DNA from: a virus | Lineage: Duplodnaviria; Caudoviricetes | Strand: one strand, 5' to 3' | Length of the DNA: 49,401 bases | IMG/VR virus record: IMGVR_UViG_3300033808_000008 | Location: 1-49,401 of that record | Shown: positions 44,871-49,401 of the stretch, in pieces | How the letters are laid out: each line of letters opens with the position of its first letter | Position numbering within the stretch: position 1 is the first letter of the stretch | Program-made: the position numbers and the translations under genes | The notes under the pieces: generated by a model | Told to the model about the DNA's origin: nothing | The model's input: the letters and a program-made list of their open reading frames with translations, nothing else | Database searches by the model: none

Positions 44871-45226
44871 CCCACAACGCTATTCACGGTTGGTTTGAAG
44901 ACTGTTGCCGTTGTTTCATCCCACTTCCCAGCACGTACTTGCACATTCAGCATCGCAAACGGTGGGCTAAATATGAGACGCGCAAAAGTCATCTGCGCCC
45001 AAGGATTCCAATTCTTGGGGGGAGTATCGACTCGGCTTGCCCATTGTGCACCGCTTTCTATCCACTCTTGGCGAAGTTCAAAAAAAGATCGACCTGCGGT
45101 TTCGTACCCGAATTCTACGCCACAGGAGGGGCAAATGTTGAAATCTTCCGGCGGGTACTCAAGATCATATCCGCATACAGGACATGCGTACCGTCTAGTG
45201 ATTTTCTTTATTGCGTACATGCCCAT
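44852..45226 (-). CDS. CPCC-like Cys-rich protein, candidate immunity protein
   Basis: YACPVCGY...FNICPSCGVEFGY; overlaps the toxin gene stop. Confidence 0.7.
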   Translation of the reverse strand: MGMYAIKKITRRYACPVCGYDLEYPPEDFNICPSCGVEFGYETAGRSFFELRQEWIESGAQWASRVDTPPKNWNPWAQMTFARLIFSPPFAMLNVQVRAGKWDETTATVFKPTVNSVVGCLVTR

Positions 45227-46134
45227 CTCACATAATCCATGTGTGTTGGATGCTTATGACATTGTTTGATGCGGCGGACCGCCGGAGGAAGCGAAGAGCA
45301 CTTCTGCGGCTTGTAGTAGGTTCGTATCATGCCATCCAAGGCCAGTACCGCAAACTCGTTTGTCGCCGTATCATACCTTATAAAATCTCCCCCTGATCGC
45401 GTGCATTCAAAAAATCGTGGCAGGCGCGGCCCAGAAAGGAACCGATCTGCCATATGCTCGTACCGAGCTACAGTACGGCAACCAAAATCGTCCCAATGTT
45501 TACCCCAGTGCCTGTCCGTGAAGGGGCCGAGCATGGATTTGGCGGGGCAGGCTTGTATGTCGATCACTGGCCGATCCTCGCGGCAATCACCAAGCATCCC
45601 ATTAGTGCCGACGATTCTGCACCAAGGTGCACCTGGATTTGTTTTTTCTTCCACCCAATTCGGATCAGGCTTCTGTTTTTCCACGGCTGGCGCGAACAAG
45701 GGAGCAGGCGCATGTCCCGCACATCCGGCAATATCGAAGCATTGAGAGGATAAGCCTGAAGTGGGCATTGTAGCGCCGACTGCCTTTCCGTCCGCCTTCG
45801 CGCACACCGGAGGCTTGTCGCGGTCGGCCCACTTCTGGGTGCAGGTCCAACCGCCACGAAATAGCGCAGCGAAACTACTACTACCATTTTCGACGAACGA
45901 CCACGAATCTCCGGGCTTAACATCCTTGGGAATGAACTCTCTGCTATCTAAAGTATAAGACCAAGGTTGGTGCATGCAGTAAGCCAACGTGCAGCGCGTA
46001 GCTTCACCGTCACATTGCGTGCAGGTATTACAGCCATCACCGGATGGAACTGTTCGACAGGCTGGCTTCGTTTGCACAGTCTGCCCCCAAGCCATCCCTG
46101 CCCAGAGCGCGAGTAGTAGAGCTGAGTGTTTCAT
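45208..46134 (-). CDS. Exported Cys-rich protein with pacifastin-like N-domain and C-terminal toxin-like domain
   Basis: MKHSALLLALWAGMAWG|Q; C-x8-CNTC-xx-C-x6-CT-xxx-C; C-terminal HWGKHWDDFG..Y...A..F...R..GDFIRYDTATNEF...DGMIRTYYKP. Confidence 0.7.
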   Translation of the reverse strand: MKHSALLLALWAGMAWGQTVQTKPACRTVPSGDGCNTCTQCDGEATRCTLAYCMHQPWSYTLDSREFIPKDVKPGDSWSFVENGSSSFAALFRGGWTCTQKWADRDKPPVCAKADGKAVGATMPTSGLSSQCFDIAGCAGHAPAPLFAPAVEKQKPDPNWVEEKTNPGAPWCRIVGTNGMLGDCREDRPVIDIQACPAKSMLGPFTDRHWGKHWDDFGCRTVARYEHMADRFLSGPRLPRFFECTRSGGDFIRYDTATNEFAVLALDGMIRTYYKPQKCSSLPPAVRRIKQCHKHPTHMDYVRWACTQ

Positions 46135-46247
46135 CGCGGCCTCCGACGTAATGTGTAGTAGATCAAAGCCAGCGCGAAGGGAACAAGGACAGCGCCAACC
46201 GCGCACACAGCCAACACAATCGCTATCGCCAGTTGACGGTCAGTCAT
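46131..46247 (-). CDS. Single-TM mini-protein
   Basis: GGAGGAAGG RBS; MTDRQLAIAIVLAVCAVGAVLVPFALALIYYTLRRRPR. Confidence 0.6.
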   Translation of the reverse strand: MTDRQLAIAIVLAVCAVGAVLVPFALALIYYTLRRRPR

Positions 46248-46281
46248 CCCTTCCTCCCGTATCCCTTCTCCCGGCACTCGG

Positions 46282-46629
46282 TCATCTTTGGCCCCATCTC
46301 GGGTATCCGGTTTCCTGCAAGATGTATCCCTTCCACCAGCGGAAGGTTCGCAGTAAATTTCGGGCCTTCAGCGACAGAAAGCGTGCTGTCGTCAGCGGAA
46401 TGCGCTTCCGCTGTTCTTCAATGCTTCTAAGTAACGTCTTGGCTTGCTCTCCCGTCCATCCACAACAACCACGGCCCCACCCATCGTAGAACCCATCTCG
46501 GCGGAAGTAGTAGTCCATCCCATCTGCACTGTGAATGTGTGGTTGGTATTGACTTTCTGTAACCGTGACGGGTTCAGTCAGAACAATGATTTCCGTGTCA
46601 CCATCGTAGCGAGTAACTGCTAGTTTCAT
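46282..46629 (-). CDS. Hypothetical protein
   Basis: ATGA coupling. Confidence 0.6.
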   Translation of the reverse strand: MKLAVTRYDGDTEIIVLTEPVTVTESQYQPHIHSADGMDYYFRRDGFYDGWGRGCCGWTGEQAKTLLRSIEEQRKRIPLTTARFLSLKARNLLRTFRWWKGYILQETGYPRWGQR

Positions 46630-47459
46630 TTCTTCACCCCGTATCCCCGCTCCCGGCACTCGGAGAGGAGAGCGTCGGCCATTTTAATTCTTGCATCAAA
46701 TGTTTTTGCTAAGCCGCTATCATCTGTGAAATCAAGACGCCTAGCCGCACCTTGTAAGAGATTCAGCGCCCCCATCAGCCGTTCGATGAGTTTGCGGGCG
46801 TCATCCATTTCACTGATATGGCTTTTGCGCTCCTGCCGTTCCAACGCGATTACTGCTGATTTAAGGTTCGCATTGTATTGTTCAGGAAAACCTTCGATAT
46901 GCGTGTCCTTCTCGCCATCTGGAATCGGCTTGAGCCAGAAAATGACGTGGCGACACTTTTCTAGCGTAGCCTGCAACTCCGCGACGGTGCGGTCGCGGGA
47001 GGCCAATTCGGTGTCTGGGTCAAACAAGTGCTTCCAACTGACATCTAAGTCGTTTCCATATTTGGCGTGAACAGTGTGGTTTTCTGGTTTACCGCACAAT
47101 GTGCCAGTCTCTCCGTCATAAAATCTGCACAGCGGCTCGGCGGCTGACGCTGCGGCTGCCTGCGCCTTTATTCCACAGTCAACACACAAATCACTCGGTA
47201 CTCCCGTAAAACGATGCTGGCATTCCACGATTCGGCGGCGTAGAAACTCCTCACGAGTAACTAGGTCGCCAGAAATGAAGAATCTTTCTCCGTTTGGAGA
47301 GTCGTCGATATGAAAACGCGCCTGCGGAGCCTTCGCGGGGGAGTCGTGCCAAGGGTCGTGGTTTCGCCATGAGCATACATTGTCAGAGTAAATGTCCACC
47401 GCATAATAAACTTCTTTTCGAGTACTTCCGCATCGCGGACACTTCTCCTCTGCGCTCAT
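46626..47459 (-). CDS. Mosaic Cys/His-rich hypothetical protein
   Basis: AAGGAG RBS; several small Zn-site modules plus a coiled coil. Confidence 0.65.
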   Translation of the reverse strand: MSAEEKCPRCGSTRKEVYYAVDIYSDNVCSWRNHDPWHDSPAKAPQARFHIDDSPNGERFFISGDLVTREEFLRRRIVECQHRFTGVPSDLCVDCGIKAQAAAASAAEPLCRFYDGETGTLCGKPENHTVHAKYGNDLDVSWKHLFDPDTELASRDRTVAELQATLEKCRHVIFWLKPIPDGEKDTHIEGFPEQYNANLKSAVIALERQERKSHISEMDDARKLIERLMGALNLLQGAARRLDFTDDSGLAKTFDARIKMADALLSECRERGYGVKK

Positions 47460-47644
47460 CGAGACTCCTTGGGTTGGCGGTCGCGTTCTGTCAAGTGAGT
47501 CGGGCGACACTGGTTACAATACCAACCATAAATGTAGCCAAACATCACGAGTGGCAGAAGACAAGCTCCGCAGTTCACACAACTTGGTACGGCTGCGCCA
47601 AGCAACATAGAACTATTGCTGATAGGGTATCGCTTCGCGCTCAC
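47456..47644 (-). CDS. Small Zn-finger protein
   Basis: CVNC...CNQC; coupled at both ends. Confidence 0.5.
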   Translation of the reverse strand: MSAKRYPISNSSMLLGAAVPSCVNCGACLLPLVMFGYIYGWYCNQCRPTHLTERDRQPKESR

Positions 47645-47862
47645 GATTTCCCTCCGAGCTTACGAATGTCAGCTTCAGCGGTTTTCAGCGCAAGCAGGGG
47701 CCGCCGCCTACCAACTGTTATTACCCGCTCAACTAGCAAGTCCGCGCATTCGTCCCGCGTTTCGCGGATCGCTTGAAGAATGACAGTCGGTAACTCACCA
47801 TGAACTTCATACTCCCGGCATAAACGGTCTACTCTCTCCTGGTCATTCGGGCGCTCTTTCAC
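47641..47862 (-). CDS. Hypothetical protein
   Basis: AGGAGG RBS; coupled to the next gene. Confidence 0.6.
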   Translation of the reverse strand: MKERPNDQERVDRLCREYEVHGELPTVILQAIRETRDECADLLVERVITVGRRRPLLALKTAEADIRKLGGKS

Positions 47863-48070
47863 TCGGCACCTCCTTCGTGCGGTCGGTCTGGAGCGATGGG
47901 GTCATAGCTTTAGCCAATCGCATTTGCTGCCTCAATTAATCTGAGGGCTCCACGTGCATATATAGTGGCCCAAGTTAGATCATTTTTTACCGCATATTCC
48001 GCGGCTTTCTTCAGATCATCAGCAGCACGCACGAGCAATTTTTTCCTAAGCAATTTGTCCGACTTTGTGT

Positions 48071-48382
48071 TCACAACTTCCCTCCAGTCTCAGGCGGAGC
48101 GGGGAGCGGCGGATATTGTTTACGAACTTCATGCAGATGCCTAGACGCCCTCGCATACGAGTCTGCGCTAATTGCCTGCTCCTTGTCATCTGACGCGATT
48201 ATCACCTGTTCCACAAGCGCCAGCTTCGCCTCGGCCTCTTCCAATTTACAAGTGGTGGAGAGCGCAAAATCAGCTAGCATTTCAGGCATTGTCATGCCAC
48301 TGTTGTAGTGCACCGCAAGCCACTGTAAGGCCTCGTTCAATAATTTCGCTCGCAGCCGCTTCTCGGTGTCGTCAGTCGCCAT
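48071..48382 (-). CDS. Hypothetical protein
   Basis: GGAGG RBS; ends in PLPAPP. Confidence 0.6.
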   Translation of the reverse strand: MATDDTEKRLRAKLLNEALQWLAVHYNSGMTMPEMLADFALSTTCKLEEAEAKLALVEQVIIASDDKEQAISADSYARASRHLHEVRKQYPPLPAPPETGGKL

Positions 48383-48543
48383 CGTTGTCCTCCGCAATCG
48401 CGGCCAGCACCTTCTCCCGGCCAAATTTCCGGTAGCACCAGTCGCGCAGTTGGTAACAGTTAAACTTGGAAGCTGCCATGAATTGAAAAATCTCGCCGCA
48501 TTGCTGTCGGCTTCAGCTTGAGGAGACCCGGGGTTGAGATCAG

Positions 48544-48777
48544 TCATTTCGATTCCTCTTGGATACAATCGCACTGAAATCCTTTATCGAGCCGTCGCTG
48601 GTGGTCTAATGCTTCGCTCTTTTGAAAGAAGCCGCGAGAGCTATGCTGATGATTCGGATGATTCCACGCTTGCCAGCCACTATGATGTTTGCGGCGTATC
48701 GTTCGGACGAGCGTCCAGCCTTTTGACACTAAGTATTGCTCGGTCGTCAGTCTCTCGCTCTGGGTCGGTTCAGCCAT
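48544..48777 (-). CDS. Hypothetical protein, weakly HicA-like
   Basis: YLVSKGWTLVR...WNHP; lacks the GSH motif. Confidence 0.5.
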   Translation of the reverse strand: MAEPTQSERLTTEQYLVSKGWTLVRTIRRKHHSGWQAWNHPNHQHSSRGFFQKSEALDHQRRLDKGFQCDCIQEESK

Positions 48778-49054
48778 TGCGGGCACCTCGCTCACGTTCC
48801 TGAATATACTTTTGAAGTTTGCGCTTTAGTTTTGAAATTCCGGGACCGATTAACCGTTGCTTTTTAATTAAGAACCAATCTTCAGCTATCGCTTTACCAA
48901 AATCTTCCATCGCTTCTGAGAAGGTGTCGCCCTGCCCCCATTGCTCTAACTCGCCCGATGAAACAATGACTTCGACACGAACAGGGATAGCCTTTTTCAA
49001 TTTCAGGCGTGGATGCCTCAAAGCTCCGAATTTGGCCATTCTTCTTTCAGCCAT
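48770..49054 (-). CDS. HicB-like N-terminal-domain protein
   Basis: WGQGDTFSEAMEDF..AI motif; GGAGGAG RBS. Confidence 0.5.
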   Translation of the reverse strand: MAERRMAKFGALRHPRLKLKKAIPVRVEVIVSSGELEQWGQGDTFSEAMEDFGKAIAEDWFLIKKQRLIGPGISKLKRKLQKYIQERERGARNG

Positions 49055-49202
49055 TGCGCTCCTCCCAGTTCTTGATCGCTCGCTCGGCACGTTCCTCACT
49101 CTTAGCAGGAAATGAGCCTTGTCTAAGCAGTTCCTTCAGCGCCTCGTATAACTCCTCGGCCCGCTCGCGCTCGGATGGGGTCAGCGATTCAGTGTCCGAC
49201 AT
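49047..49202 (-). CDS. Small helical protein
   Basis: MSDTESLTPSERERAEELYEALKELL. Confidence 0.55.
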   Translation of the reverse strand: MSDTESLTPSERERAEELYEALKELLRQGSFPAKSEERAERAIKNWEERNG

Positions 49203-49401
49203 GACGCATCCCTTCTGGCACTCCGCACTCAGGGCATAGATCGTAATCTTCTGGTGTTGGCTTTTGCGGATTACAGCATTCATGGCCGCACGATTTGCAC
49301 TTTTTCCGCTGAAGTCCGTTATACACGCGGCATTTGCAGCATCCCCAACCTGGCATGACATTTGGATGATCAAGAATCAACTCGCAGCGCTCGGATGGGG
49401 T
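49189..49401 (-). CDS. Cys-rich Zn-finger protein spanning the circular join (start ATG at 142)
   Basis: MPDNLTPSERCELILDHPNVMPGWGCCKCRVYN...CKSCG..CPECG; RanBP2-like W.C..C...N......C..C. Confidence 0.65.
   Translation of the reverse strand, partial: TPSERCELILDHPNVMPGWGCCKCRVYNGLQRKKCKSCGHECCNPQKPTPEDYDLCPECGVPEGMRHVGH
49275..49401. repeat. Terminal overlap, right copy
   Basis: Identical to 1-127. Confidence 0.97.

Noticed and set aside
49275-49401. 127-bp terminal repeat as a biological direct terminal repeat
   Set aside because: The length equals a common assembler k-mer and it falls mid-gene. It shows circularity only.
1-49401. Genome-wide stop-codon reassignment
   Set aside because: Core genes are intact in code 11, and TAG, TGA and TAA all end conserved genes at expected positions. 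No suppressor tRNA was seen.

Overview
The window is a complete, circularly assembled dsDNA tailed-phage genome of about 49,274 bp. Bases 49275-49401 repeat bases 1-127, the overlap expected from a k=127 assembly. The architecture is podovirus-like. A long minus-strand late operon (about 36.4 kb to 2.4 kb) runs: GroES-like co-chaperonin, terminase, portal, scaffold, major capsid, a block of very large fibre/beta-helix proteins, tail hub and adaptor, three ejection proteins, a PurD-like ATP-grasp ligase with a HExxE protein, holin-like proteins and a Tlde1/DUF2778 lysin. No tape measure or tail tube is visible. The rest holds ERF and YqaJ recombination genes, a papain protease, a lipoprotein, replication-associated genes, HNH and NinG-like nucleases, a toxin/CPCC-immunity-like cassette and many small accessory ORFs. 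I see no integrase, CI-type repressor, DNA polymerase, reverse transcriptase, tRNA or CRISPR array. The host is probably a diderm bacterium, possibly Acidobacteriota (inferred from protein style only). The most unusual features are: (1) five genes inside the tail module encode proteins with Sec-type signal peptides; (2) the GroES has a DnaJ-type zinc finger inserted in its mobile loop; (3) a secreted inhibitor-like/toxin-like fusion sits next to an immunity-like gene; (4) short junction repeats give neighbouring accessory genes shared ends (SEFLGGK, LTPSER); (5) three apparently leaderless ribbon-helix-helix regulators have palindromic operators; (6) a pseudoknot-capable leader precedes the replication genes. 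All family calls come from motif recognition by eye, not database searches.
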